Assembly (NCBI GenBank): GCA_013239625.1
Contig: MU054049.1
Span: 1,925,892 to 1,989,891 of the forward strand
Reading direction: 5' to 3'
DNA from: Lama guanicoe
Lineage: Eukaryota
Length of the DNA: 64,000 nucleotides
In this document: in pieces, positions 27,140 to 40,794 of the stretch
Layout: the number at the start of each line of letters is the position of its first letter
Position numbering within the stretch: the first letter of the stretch is position 1
The notes under the pieces: model-generated
What the model was told of the DNA's origin: nothing
The model's input: the letters and a program-made list of their open reading frames with translations, nothing else
Database searches by the model: none
Position numbers and translations under genes: made by a program

Positions 27140-27880
27140 TCACTGAGTACTTGAGATGGACTTTTCTGGGTACAAGACTACAGCAGTTAAAATTTAAAAG
27201 ATGACTGCTGTTTTCATGGAGTTTACATTCTGTTGAAGTGAGTCAAGTAACATAAGTAAAAAAATATTTCAGTTAGTGGTAAGTGTGTAAAGACAATAAA
27301 ACAGGATCTACAGATGGTGAGGGGAGCCAGAAGCCATTTAAGAGTGGGTCAGGGAAGGCAACTCAGGGGTGTTGACACTTCAGCTGCTACCTGAATACAA
27401 TACAAATGCCTGGGGAGAGGCAAGTGTACAGGGAAAATGGCTAGTACCAATGCCCTGAGGAATTGGTGTGTTTGAAGAACAACTTTTAAGCCATGTATCT
27501 ACAAAGTTACAAGGGAGGTGATGTGCTAAGAGATAAATGAGGTTAGAGGGGCAAGGAATTGCAGCTAACATAGTGTTGTAAATGTAATATAAGCCATGGT
27601 AAGGGGTTTGGATTTGATTACAAGTGTAAATGGGAGTCATTAAGACTGATTTCCTTTCTTTAAAAAAAAATCACTTTAATTGCTATTTAGAAGCTGAATT
27701 GGAGGGACTAGAGCAAGTAAGGAGTCCAGCTAGGTAGGACATAGTTACTGCAGTCTGCATGGGATTTAATAGTTTGGACTAAGATGGCAGCAATAAAGAT
27801 GGTGGTAAGTAACAATTTGAAGTGTACATTGGGTATAGGACTAACAGTACTTTGAATTGATGAAAAGACAAGAGTCCTGC
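27140..27880 (-). mobile_element. L2 fragment
   Basis: GTTTTCATGGAGTTTACATTCTG, GTCAGGGAAGGC, AAGCCATGGTAAGGGGTTTGGATTT motifs. Confidence 0.7.
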
Positions 27881-28549
27881 ATAATGAATAGATTTGTGAA
27901 CAATCATCTGAGTTACAGCGGGAGCCAAAGGTTAAATTTAAAATGTGAGAGTTGATTTTCCATCTTCAAAGTTAGGGGAATTCAAATCTGGCTCTCTTAA
28001 GAGTTCCTATTTTCTTTTGCCCTGACCCCCATTCCTACAGTGATGACCAAAGAATTATCTACCCTGTAAATCAACTCTGTCAGTAGCTGTCAACACTAAG
28101 ATATGAAGGCACTGCCCTAAATATTTATACACAACACATAGCCCAGTGTTTTGCTTATGAAATTGATTGGTCTCTTGTCAGTCTGTATTTTGCAGTCTGT
28201 ATAGTTGTCAAGCATTCTTGTAGTATAGTAGAAAGAAATTAGCTTTGTAATTGACCTTGTCTTTGCTTCCTGCTGCTTTGGCTGTTTGGTCCATATTACC
28301 GCCAATGTCTTGTTGGTTTGAGAGTCACACACCAGTGCAAGACCTTAATTGGGATTGGGGGCCCCAGGAGGAGGCAGCACCTATGCTGCCAGACAGCGAG
28401 GATAAGACAAAAAAAGTGGAAGAAAACTCCACATTCATTGAGCCTCAAATCAAAATTGCAAAACACATGAAACCGTCAAGAGTAGAATTAACACTAAAGG
28501 AAATAACTTTAAAATTTTGTCGTAATGTAATGCTTTGTTTTCTCTCTAG

Positions 28550-28608
28550 TAACTGGTATGAACCCTCTGTCTCCTTATTTAAATGTGGATCCACGGTATC
28601 TCGTGCAG
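28550..28608 (+). CDS. TIMM23: TIMM23 exon 2 (LTGMNPLSPYLNVDPRYLVQ)
   Basis: CTCTAG acceptor, CAG|GTAAGA donor; 59 nt. Confidence 0.97.
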
Positions 28609-28844
28609 GTAAGATTAAGACTAGTCCTTTTATGATTTTACTATTTTGGCCCTTTATCATACCATTAAAGAAATAATCCCAGGTACTTATGTTGACTTGA
28701 TCTGTGATACGTGCTGGAGGCACCAAGTCTCCAATCCCCATTCACCCTTTTTCCTTCACAGTCCCTGGGAATTTGGCTTGCATCTTTTTCTACACTAGTT
28801 GATTAAAGAATTTTGGGGGTTTAGTTGGTTTCTTTTTTCCCTTT

Positions 28845-31800
28845 TTTAAAATTGTGATAAAATGTACTAACAGTTTACCATTTTTAACCATACAGTTCAG
28901 TGGTATTAAATGCATTCCTAATACTGTAGAACCATCTCCACCTACCATCTTCATGCTTTTTATCTTCTAAAAGTGAAACTCCATACCCATGAAACAGTAA
29001 CTCCTTTTTCTGCCCTCCCCACCAGCTCCTGGCAGCCACCCTTCTGCTTTCTGTTGCTGATTATTGAATACTCTTAAGTACCTCAAATAGGTGGAATCAT
29101 ACCATATTTATCTTTTTGTGAGTAGTTGAGTTCATTTAACATAATGTCCTCAGGCTCATCTGTATTATAGTATGTTCCGAATCTCCTCCCTCTTTAAGGC
29201 TGGTTGATATTCCATTTTGCTTATCCATTTATTTGTCCATAGACACTTGGATTGCTTCCATGTTTTAGCTATTGTGAATAGTGCTGCTATGAACATTGGT
29301 GTACAGATTTCTCTTTCAGACCCTCCTTTCAGTTCTTTTGATTGTGTGTCCAACCATATGGTAATTGTACGTTCAATTTGCTGAGGACAGGCCACACTGT
29401 TTTCCACTGCAGCTGTAACATTTTACATCCCTACTAACGGTGCACAAGAGTTCCAGTTTCTTCATATTCTTGACCAACCCCTTATTACCTGCAGTTTTTT
29501 GATAATAGCTATTCTAATGCGTGTGAGGTGATAGTTTTGACTTGCATTTCCCTAAGAATTAATGATGTTGAGTATCTTTCCTTGTGCTTATTGGCCATTG
29601 TGTATCTTTTTTGGAGAAATGTCTATTCAAGTCCTTTGTCCAGTTTTGAATCAGTTCATTTGGTTTTTTGTTGTTGAATTTTAGTTGTCTATATATTCTA
29701 ATTGTTAACTCCTTATCAGATACATGATTTGCAAGTATGTTCTCCCATTCTGTGGGTTGCCTTTTTGCTCTGTTGATATTATCTGCCCAAAATTTTTAAA
29801 TTTTCATGAAAGCAAGTTTTTCTATTTTTTTCTTTTGTGGTCTTTGCCTTTGGTGTCATATCCTAGAAGTTATTACCAAATCCATTGTCACAAAGCTTTT
29901 TCCCTATATTTTCTTCTAAGTTCTTTTTTTTTTACAGTTTTAGGTCTTACATTTAGATCTTTGATCTATTTTGAGTTAATTTTTGTATATGGTGTTAAGT
30001 AAAGGTCCAGCTTCACTCTTTTTCATGTGGATATCCAATTCTCACAGTACTTTCTGCTGAAAAGACTATCTTTTCCCCATGGAATGGTCTTGGCATTGTT
30101 GCCAAAAGTGTTTGACCACGTGTGCAGGGTTTCCTTCTGGGCTCTCTATTCCATTTCATTGGTTTAAATGTCTATCATTATGCCAAAACCACACTATTTT
30201 GATTACTATAGCATTGTAGTAAATTTTGAAGTCAGCAAGTGTGAGTCCTCCAGGATTATTGTTCTTTTTCAAGATTATTTTGTCTGTTTAGGGTTTGTTG
30301 AAATTCCATATGAATTTTGAGTTGGATTTTTTTCTATTTCTGCACAAACATTGATATTTTGGTAGGGATTGTATTGAATCTGCAGATTGCTTTGGGTAAT
30401 ATTAACATCTTAATATTAAGTCTCTAATCCATGAATATGAGGTATATTTCTAAGTATTTTATTCTTTTTCATTCTATTATAAATGGAATTGTTTTCATAA
30501 TTTTCTTTTCAGATTTTTTGTTTATTGTTAGTGTGTAGATATGCATCTGATGTTTTGTGTTGACTTTGTATCCTACTTTGCTGAATTCACTTATTAGTAA
30601 CAACAGGAGTTTTTTTGTGTGTGCAGTCTTTAGGATTTTCTACATAAAAGATCATCTGCAAAAAAAAGTTTTATTTCTTCCTTTCTAATTTGGATGCCTT
30701 TATTTCTTTTTCTTGCCTAACTGCCCTGGCTAGAACATCTAATACTATGTTGAATAGAAGTGGCAAAAAACTGGCATCCTTGCCTCGTTCTAGAGGGAAG
30801 GCTTTCAGTCTTTCACCTTTGGGTATGGTATTTGCTGTAAGTTTTTCATGTATGGCTTTTATCGTGTTGAGGTAGTTTCCTTCTGTTCCTAGTTCATTGA
30901 ATGTTTTTATCATGACAGTGTGTTGGAATTTGTCAGATACTGTTTTTCATCAGTTGAAGTGATCATGTGGGTTTTTTCTGTTCATTCTGCTAATGTGCTA
31001 GATTACTTTGATCAGTTCTCATTTGTTGGGCCATCCTGCATCCCAAGAATAAATCCTCCTTGGTCGTAATGTATAACCCTTTTAATATGCTGAATTTGGT
31101 TTCCTAGTATTTTGTTGAAGATTTTGCATCAGTGTTCATAAGGGATACTGATATGTAGTTTTCTTTTCTTATAATGTCTATAACTTTGGTATCAGGATAG
31201 TGCTGACCTCATACAAAGAATTACGACATGTTCCAAGTGTTCCCTCCACTTAAGGGTTTTGGGAAAGTTTGAGAAGGATTGATGTTAGTTACTATAAATG
31301 TTTGGTAAAATTCACCAGCAAAGCCATCAAACCCAGGACTTTCCTTTATTGTTTGTTGTTGGTGGTGGTGATTCAATCTCCTTACTAGTTATAGGTCTCT
31401 TTAGATTTTGCTTTTGGTGAGTTTTGTGTTTCTAGGAATCTGTACATTTCATCAAGGACATCCAGTTTGTTGGCATACAGTTGTTAATAACATTTTCTTA
31501 CAATCCATTTTAATTCTGTAGAGTTCATAGTGATGTCCTCACCTTCATTTCTGATTTTAGTAATTTAAAAAAAAATTTCATGATGGGGGGAGATAATTAG
31601 GTTTATTTATTCATTTGTTCTTAGAGGAGGTACTAGGGATTGAACCCAGGACCTCATGCATGCTGAGCTTGCACTCTACCACTTGAGCCACACCCTCCCT
31701 CCTTGATTTTAGTAATTTACTTCATTTCTCTCTGTTGTAATCTTTATTATGTCCTTCGTTTTGCTAGCTTTAGGTTTAATTTCTTCTTTTTCTAATTCCT

Positions 31801-34490
31801 TAAGTTGCAAAGTTAGATTATTGATTGGAGATCTTTTTTATTTTTTAATGTGGGCATTTATTACTGTAAATGTCCCTCTTACCACCAGTTTCACTGAGTC
31901 GTGTAAGTTTTGGTATGTTATGTTTCTTTGTTATTCATCGCAAGTATTTTCTAATTTCCCTTGTGCTTTCTTCTTGATTCATTGATTGTTTGAGGAGGTG
32001 TTTTTTTAATTTCCACAAATTTGTGAATTTTCCAGTTTTACTTCTATTACTGATTTTTAATTCATCCCATTTCGGTTGAAGAAGATGCTTTGTATGGTGT
32101 CTTTTAAAATCTATTGAGACTTAGTTTGTAGCCTGACATATGGTCTATCCCAGAAAATGTCTATGTGCACCTGAGAACAACGTGTATATTGTTAGGGTAG
32201 TGTTTTGTATTGTCTGTTAGATCCAGTTGATTTATTATGTTAACTCTTCTACTTCCTTATTATCTTCTGCCTGGTTATAACCGTTACTGTCCATTATTGA
32301 GAATGGGGTGTTGAAGTCTCTATTACTGTAAAACTTTCTGTTTTTCCCTTTAATAACATCACTTTAGCTTAGTATGGTTGATCTGTTTCTAGGTAAGTAA
32401 ACATTTATAACTGTTGTGTTTTCTTGCTATATTGAAGCTTTTATTAATGTCCTTTATCTCTTGTAACCTTTTTTAATGTAAAGTCTGTATTTTCTCATGT
32501 TAGTATAGCACTAAAAACTACTCTCTGTTACTTATTTTTTGTGTGGAATATCTTTTTTCATCCTTTCATTTTCAATCAGTTTGTGTCTTTCGATGTAAAG
32601 TGAGTCAACAGCATATAAGTGGATGGTATTTTTTAATCCATTGTGCCAATCTCTGCCTTTGGCTAGAGAATTTGATTCATTCATATTTAAAGTGGTTGCT
32701 GCTGATAAGGAGAGATTTCTGGCATTTTGCTACTCATTTTCTATATGACTTCTAGCTTTTTGTCCCGTGTTACTGTCTTCTTTTGTGTTTACTTGATTTT
32801 TTTAGGGAATTGTTTAAATTCCTCTCATTCCCTTTTGTATGTAGTCTGTAGCTGTTTTCTAAAATTATAATACTAATTTGAATTTATACCAGTTTAACTT
32901 CAGTAACATACAAAAATGGTACTCCTTTACCAGCTCAGTCCCTGACCCTCTCAATCATTGATGTCACAAAATTTTATCTTTATATATTGTGTGCTGAAAA
33001 ACATAAATGATTCTTTTAAATGCTCTAGACTCTAAAATTATGTAGAAAACAAAATGTGGAGTCACAAAGTTACAGTAATACTTTTATAATTGCCCATGTG
33101 TTTGCCTTTATTGAGATCTTTATCCCTTCATAAGGCTTTGAGTTCCTGCCTAGTGTACTTTCATTTCACTTTGCAGGACTCCCTTGATCACATCTGCAGT
33201 GCAGCTAGTGGTCATGAACTCCCTCAGCTTTTGTTTATCTGGCAATGTCATATTATCTCCCTCACTTTTCAAGGATAGTTTTGTTGCATATAGTGTTCTT
33301 GGTTGACGGTTTTTTTCTTTTAGCACTTTAAACGTATCAGCCCACTGCCTAGTGGCCTCTAAAGTTTCTTTTGAAAAGTCAGCTGTAATCTTATTGAGTA
33401 TCCTTGTATGTGACAAGTTGCTTGTCTCTTGATGCTTTCAATATTCTCTTTGTCTTTAGCTTTTAAAAGTTTGATTTTAATATGTCTGCAATATAGTATA
33501 TAGTTTGGGTCTCTTCAAATATATCTTAAGTGGTGTTTATTGAGTTTCTTGGATGTTGATATGCATCTCTTTTACCAAATTTGGGAAGCATTCAGCCATT
33601 ATTTCTTCAAACATTTTTTTCTCTTTCTCCTTCTGTGATGTTCACAGTCTGTTTGTTAGTCAGTTTCCTGGTGTCCCACAAGTCCCATAGGTGCTGTTCG
33701 CATCCATTTAATCATTTTTCTTCTTCCTCCTAAGACTCAGTAATTTCTATTGTCCTGTATTCAAGTTTGATGATTCTTCTGCCTACACAAATCTGCCTTT
33801 GAATCCCTTTTAGAGAATTTTTCAGTTGCTGTTCTTTTCAGCTCTAGAATTTCTTTTTGGTTTCTTTCTAGGTTTTCTTCCTCTTTCTTTCCATTTTGTT
33901 CATACATGTTTTGACTTTCCACATTTTTGGTTCTTAGAGCATCTTTATGACAGTTGTTTTAAAGTCTTTGCCTAGTTGATCTACCATCAAGTCTTTTTTA
34001 GGAACGTTTCTGTTGACTTAATTTTTTCCTTGAGTGGGCCATACTTTTCTATTTCTTTGTATGCCTTGTTATTGAAAACTGGACATTTGAATCTAATAAT
34101 GTGGTTAACTCTGGAAATCATTCTCCCCCTTCCCCCAGGGTTTGCTTTTATTTGGTTATTGTTTTTGTTTTTTTAATTATCATAGGCTGTCTCTGTGCCA
34201 AGGAGCAGCCTGAATTGTAAACTCAAGCTCTTCTCAGTTCTTTTCTGAGCCTACAGTTTCCCTGGGCATATGTTGTCACTTTCCTTTTTTTCATTTATGT
34301 GTAACTGCTTTGAATATTCTAGTCTTTAATGTCAGACCCATGAAGGGGAAACAGCATGGGGACCAGCTCTCAGCTCTTCTTTAAAGCCCCTGAAATAAGT
34401 AGGAGGTGAGGAGGATACAACAGCCATGACTACCTGCTTCTGTGTATGCACCTCTGTGATCAGAAGGAGCAGTGATCAGAACACAAATTG
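28845..34490 (-). mobile_element. Long, old L1M element (3'UTR, ORF2 and ORF1 remnants) in TIMM23 intron 2
   Basis: ORF remnants [14 protein letters not shown] (29165-29407), GERLKAFPL..LLFNIVLDVLARA (30671-30913), ORF1 TADFSKETLEATRQW (33150-33416). Confidence 0.9.
31568..31703 (-). mobile_element. tRNA-derived SINE (Vic-1-like) nested in the old L1
   Basis: GGGATTGAACCCAGGACCTC..CTCTACCACT; perfect 16-bp duplication TGATTTTAGTAATTTA at 31552-31567 and 31704-31719. Confidence 0.92.
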
Positions 34491-34939
34491 AGATTTATAT
34501 TTAAAAGTAACAAGTAATTAATTTTAAAGGCACTCTAATAAAAAATATTGAAATGAGTAGTTACAAAGTTATATCGTTAATACCAAGTTAAGTATAAATA
34601 AGACTGTAAAGCTAGGACTCTTTTTAATGAAATCTTGAACCAAATCTGTACATATGAAAAAAAAATACTACTTGAGTGTATTTTATTAGATCAGATTATT
34701 AATATTATTCAAGAGTTTATGGAAATAAGAGTGATCTGATGAATACAAACATTTGATATTAGAGGTTATACATTTTAAGACTTTTATTAGCCTCAGTTTT
34801 TTGTTGGTTTGTTTTTGTTGGGGTTTGTTTTGGTTTTTTGGTTGTTTAGAGAAGTTGCTGGTTCAACATAGATAATGTTGCAAATGGTAGGGGTTTTTAA
34901 AGCTCAGTTTATAATATCAAGCTTCAAAGCATAATTGTT

Positions 34940-37150
34940 GGGTATCTCAGGAATGCAAGGTTGATTTAATACCTGAAGAGCAATGTACTATGTTGTATCA
35001 ATAAAGGAAAGAATAAACAGAAACTATGTGATTACCTCAGTAGACACAACTTGACAAAATTACTCAACACCCCTTTATGATTGAAACAAACAAAAAAACC
35101 ATCAGTAAACTAGGAATAGAAGGGAACTTCTTCAGTCTGATAATGACATCTACAAAATATCCAAAGCTAACATACTTAATAGTGAAAGACTAAATACTTT
35201 ATCCTACTGAGGAACAAGGCAAAGATGTCCACTCTCTTTATTTCTATTCAACATTGTATAACCAGGGCAGTTAGATAAGGGAATGATGTAGCAGCTAGAC
35301 TGATAGAGGAAAAAGTAAAACTATTTGTAGATGACATGGTCTTGTCTATAGAAAACCCTAAGGAAACCACAAAAAACTATTAGAACTAATAAAGTTCAGC
35401 CAAGTTGCAGGATACAAGATCAATATACATAATTATATCAAAATAGTAGCAATGGGCATTATAAAAATGAAAGTGCAAAATAATTCCAATAACAATAGAA
35501 TCAAAAGAAATAAAATTAGAATAAATTCAGCAGAAATGTAAAACTTATTCTCTAAAAACTACAAAACACTGAAAAATCTTAATCAAGGCAAATAAATTGA
35601 AAGATATTCAGTTTTCTTGGAAGATTTAATGTTATAAAAATAACAGCAATCCTCAAATTGACCTATAGATTCAACAGTGCCTATCAAAATCTCAGCTGGC
35701 TTTTTAGCAGAATTTGACTGGCTTATCCTAAAATTCATATGGATATTCAGGGGATGCAGAATAGCCCAACAATAAAGAACAGCAAATTGGAGCACTCACA
35801 CTTCCCAATGTCAAAACTTACTACCAGGCTGTAGCAATTAAGACATTTTGGTACTGGCATAAGGATAGTTTGGAGATCGGGAAAATAAAGATTGAGAGTC
35901 CAGAAATAAGTTGTCATACTTATAGTTAGTTGGTTTTCAACAGGGATGCCGAGACAATTAAGTAGGAAAAAAATAGTTTTCCCACAAATGTTGTTGAGAC
36001 AACTAAATAGTATGAGCAAGAATAAGTCCAACCCAGCCTCATGCTATATATAAACATTAACTCAGAATGGACTAAAGACTTAAATATTAAACTGTGAACT
36101 CTTAGAAGACATTATAGGCATAAGTATTTGTGGCCTTAAATTAGACATTGATTTCTTAGGTAATGGCATCAAAACCACAGGTAGGGGAAAAATGGTAAAT
36201 TGGATTTAATCAAATTTTAAGACTGTGCTTTAGACTAATAGCATCAAGAAAGGGGATAGATAGCCCACAAACCGGGAGAAAATATTTATAAATCATACAT
36301 ATGAAATGGAGTGACATTTAGAATATTTAATTTTAAAAAAACTTAAAACTCATTCATGAAAAGACAAGCAATTTTTAAAATTGCAAAGGATATGTGAATA
36401 GATATTTCTCCAAGATGATATACAAATGTCCAGTAGTTACATGAAAGATACTCCATATCACTAATTAGAGAACTGCAAGTCATAAAGCCATAGTGAGATA
36501 CCACTTCACACGTACTAGTATAGCTGTAATCAGAAACACAGACAATAACAGATGTTGGTGAGGATTTGGAGAAATTGGACCTGCTTATACTGCTGGTGGA
36601 AATGTAAAATATTACAGCTGCTTTGGAAATAATCTGGCAGTTTCACAAAATTTTAAGAATATAGTTACCATATGACCCAGTAATTCCACTCATGGATATA
36701 TAGCCAAGAGATTTGAAAATGTGTCCACACAACAAATTGTACATGAATGCTCCTATCCACATTATTCCTAATAGCCAAAAAGTGGACACAACTCATATCT
36801 ATCAACAGACAAATGCTAAACAAAATGTAGTATATCCATACAATGAAATATTGTTTAGCAGTTAAAAGGAATTAAAAAACTGAGATGCATGCTAGAACAT
36901 TGGGTGAACCTTGAAAACTTGCCACATGTTCTCATAAAAACAGAATCATCAACTGTGAAGACATAGAAAGTAGATTAGCCCAGGGTTGGGGATAAATGGG
37001 GAATGGCTGCTAATGGATATGTGGTTCTTTTGAGGGGTGATGAAAAATGCTCTAAAATTGATGGTGGTCTTTGTTGTACAGTTCTGAATATACTAAAAAG
37101 CCATTGAATTGTACACTTTAAATAGGTAAATTATATAGTGAGTTAATTAT
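34940..37150 (+). mobile_element. Old L1M fragment (ORF2 3' half and 3'UTR)
   Basis: GGAATGCAAGGTTGATTTAA, CAGGATACAAGATCAATATAC, TGTTGGTGAGGATTTGGAGAAA motifs. Confidence 0.9.
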
Positions 37151-39413
37151 ATATTGGTAAATTTTTGGTTTTTTTCAAAGAGTAATAGTTGGAACTTTTT
37201 GTTTAAGAGTTTAATCACTAACATCAACTGACAACTGCTGTATTTCTTGTTGGAGCAAGTGTTTAAATAGAAACAAGTTGATGATTGGGACCTTGCCACT
37301 TTAAAACTTGGTCGTTTCTGACAGGGAATTTGCAAAATAAAGATAATTTAAATATTTCCAACATCCATAGTGTCATCCAGTTGAAATATAAAGGTTTCAC
37401 ATAATCTCAGCCTTCTGATTATTTCCTCAGGTACAACGATATCCTTTCTTGGATTTTTTCCTCTCTGTGTTAGCCAACAGTGGCACTGATGGTATTTTAA
37501 TGACACTAATGCCCTACAGTGTCAGCAGCACAAGATTCATGTGAACTTTTCAGTATGTTTTCCCTACATGAATTGTAGTAAAATACTTTATAATAACCTT
37601 GTTAGGTGCTTATTTCTTGCATTTTAAAATTTGGCTTGCAGAAGTTTTTTTTCTATAGTACTATAAACTGTTAACCCTGTTTTTAAAGAAGCCAAGATCC
37701 TTAATTTTATGGTGTTGTTTCCCCCTAAAATTAATGCAATTTGGCCAGGGTCTCTGCCTTCAAAAATATCTTCAGAAATTTTTGTTACATGAAACAATAC
37801 ATTTTTATTGCCTTGAAAAGGGTAAGCCCCAATGACAAGTAACCAATCACATTGTTTTCCAGTGGCTATGTGTGTGAATTGATATACATTTGATTTTATT
37901 ATGGTTGACCCACTAGCTGAAGAATGAGTAAGTGATGGCATGCACTTGTGCTTACTAATGTTCATCGTGGCCATCTTTTTATTTCCTATTTGTAATTGGT
38001 GATCCATTTCTGAGTTGGACAGTTATTTACCTTACCATGCTAAATGCAGCACTCCTTAGAACCTCAAACAAGAAGCACAATTTAAAACGAAGTCATTAAT
38101 CGAAAAGTCAGGAAGAACCCAAGATTTACAAACCTATTTATAATAAATATATTGTGACATGGGATCTATTCAGAGTTTGCCTAGGAGACCATTTCTGTGT
38201 GATGAGAGTAAATGTGCTTGTTTATTTGTACCATGTTTGTTAAGAACCTGTGCACAAGCCAGAAATTAAAAACCAGTGCAGAGCTAGGTTTCCTAATCAG
38301 AAATGCACTTACCAATGTTTGCCAAAGGGTTGTTTGCTTGTTGTTAGTGTTTGTTGCTAGGGGTGTGCGCTCTCCTGGTAAAATAATTTTTTTGCTCCAG
38401 AATATTTTATTAAAAGTTTTATATAAAAAAGACATGTGTCACACTGAATAATGCATTGAAGCATGTGTCTGATTGTGTTTTCTATTCTCTACAAATTAAC
38501 CAGCCATGATGGAAGTTAAGAGAGTAAATACTCATTTTGGGGAGGAAAACTTCAAAAAACTGTTCATTTTTAAGTGCAAAGAAAGCTTATAATAAAATAG
38601 ACTTTAAAAATTACAAATAAAAATCTGTGTAGCAAGGAAATTTAAAAAGATAAAATAAGCCCTGAAGGGGCGTAGTTTAACCAGTTCTGCTTAGGAGGCT
38701 TGGCAAAAAGTATTTGTTCTTCATGAAAGTGTATCGTATTGCAAAGTCAGCCCTAGTGAGCACTTCTCAACCTAAGATTCTTGGGTGACCTTCATACCAA
38801 ATATTTTATATTCACTGGAAAGAGAATCTATAGCTTTCTAAGATTATCAAAGGAGTACATGCCCTCCAAACAGTTAAGAATTATTAAGGAGGTGATTTTG
38901 CCCTTGCGTAAATGATCCAAACTATTGTGCGTTCATAGTTTCTGCTCAGTTTTTTAATGGTCATTTAGTCTTACTTATAGTAAAATGATACTTGGTAAAT
39001 AGTAGCTACAGAACAAAAGTTATTTTCTCCTTCCAGACTGGTATTTTCTTACCTCTCATAGCTTTCAGTTCACCTCTCTCCAGAGACACCCTTCCTAAAC
39101 TCCCTTGCACTCTTGCTTCAAATTTATCACTAAGGCAAATTACCTACAATCTGTCAAACTTATATTGAGATGCAAAGTCTTGAATAAGAATCTCTCCTAA
39201 GAACTAATGAGCATAACCATATGTATTGTATATGTCATTCCACTTTGACATGTTGATTTTGTTGCAGAAAGTTTTATTTGACTAACTATAGTTGGGTTTT
39301 ACTTAATTTATGATTTTACGCTCTGTGAAAACCTGCTTTGAAAAATTAAACACTTTGCAACTACAATGTCTTTTGAAGGGATCTCAACTTGGTTTTTATT
39401 ATTATCCCTTTAG

Positions 39414-39507
39414 GATACAGATGAGTTTATATTACCAACTGGAGCTAATAAAACCCGGGGCAGATTTGAACTTGCTTTCTTTACCATTGGAGGATGTTGT
39501 ATGACAG
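39414..39507 (+). CDS. TIMM23: TIMM23 exon 3 (DTDEFILPTGANKTRGRFELAFFTIGGCCMT)
   Basis: TTTAG acceptor, CAG|GTTAGT donor; 94 nt. Confidence 0.97.
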
Positions 39508-39725
39508 GTTAGTATTTATATGTTTTTTTAAATGTCCTCAATCAAAGGTGTAGTCAAAGGTACTTAAAATCAAAGGTAATTAGAATATTGGTTTCAAGGT
39601 TGTTTTTAAAAAATCATTATTTGCATTTTTCTTATTATTAAATAAAAATGAAAAAGAATCAGAAGTATAGTTGTTCTTTAATATAAAACTGATTATTTGG
39701 ATGAATTGTTACTATGATTTGCCAG

Positions 39726-39810
39726 GGGCTGCATTTGGGGCAATGAATGGTCTACGGCTAGGATTGAAGGAAACCCAGAACATGGCCTGGTCCAAACCAA
39801 GAAACGTACA
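39726..39810 (+). CDS. TIMM23: TIMM23 exon 4 (GAAFGAMNGLRLGLKETQNMAWSKPRNVQ)
   Basis: GCCAG acceptor with weak pyrimidine tract, CA|GTAAGT donor; 85 nt. Confidence 0.97.
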
Positions 39811-40794
39811 GTAAGTTTCATGTAATCATCTGATGTCATAACGTTTGAATATTAATTTCTGCTTTGTTGGCCTGATGAGCACACTTTTGAGATGACACAT
39901 GCTTCGAGTATTGATTTTTGGTCAGCTCTTTTTTTCTGGTATTTTGTTTTTCCCTTATTCAAAATAAAAGCAACTTAAGAGTCAGATTACCAAGTCTACC
40001 CTTTTAAAAGGAGTGGCTTTTTAGTCAGTGTCCCTCAGTCAGCTGGTGCAGTGTTGGGCAAGAACCTGTGCACAAGCCGGAGTGCATAGGTTCTTACCAA
40101 ACACTGGTAGCCCAGCCTGGCTTCTCAGCTGGACCTGTTCCATTTTACGGGCCTATATAACATGCTTTTCAAATTGTTAGAGTACTAGTACATTATTTGG
40201 ATTATTCAGCGGTGTGCAAAACCATAGGGTATGGTAAGTGAAGAAATAAGAAGCACATAAGTGTAATTGCTAAATTTGCTCTCATTTGACTTGAACATTT
40301 CGTTGACTTCACTCTCCATTTCTGAAGTGCAAAGATGCCAGAAAATTTAAATGAAATTTCTAGAACTTAGAGGTAGTTCCAAAAGGAACAAGACAGTCTT
40401 CTGTTAAGAAATTGAAGTTTGCAGAGAAGAGAAAGTGCAATTAAGGTTAGAAAATGTATGTGATGTGTATCTTCACCCTGCTTAAGAAATGAACATGACA
40501 GGTTCCTGTTGCTATTCCATAAATAATATATTTATTTAGTTTTGCATGTTTTTATACTGTGTATGAGCAGGGTCACACAGTCTGTGTTCTTCCATGAGTC
40601 ATGGTTCTACTTTCGGACCCTGTAAGCTCCATTTTTGTTACATGTTAGTTAGCCAGCAGATGGCAGTAGGTGTGCTAGAATGAGACCTTGGGAAACCTCA
40701 CAGCCTGCCAAGTTTTTCATAATCCTTTTACTGTGTGGATCATTGCCCTTGCTTTACAAGTCCAGATCCTTGAATATTTTTGTATTTTTATTTA

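Noticed and set aside
28845..37150. Oppositely oriented L1s in TIMM23 intron 2 as a dsRNA source or twin-priming event
   Set aside because: Each has its own 3' end and both are highly decayed, so they are independent old insertions unlikely to pair extensively.
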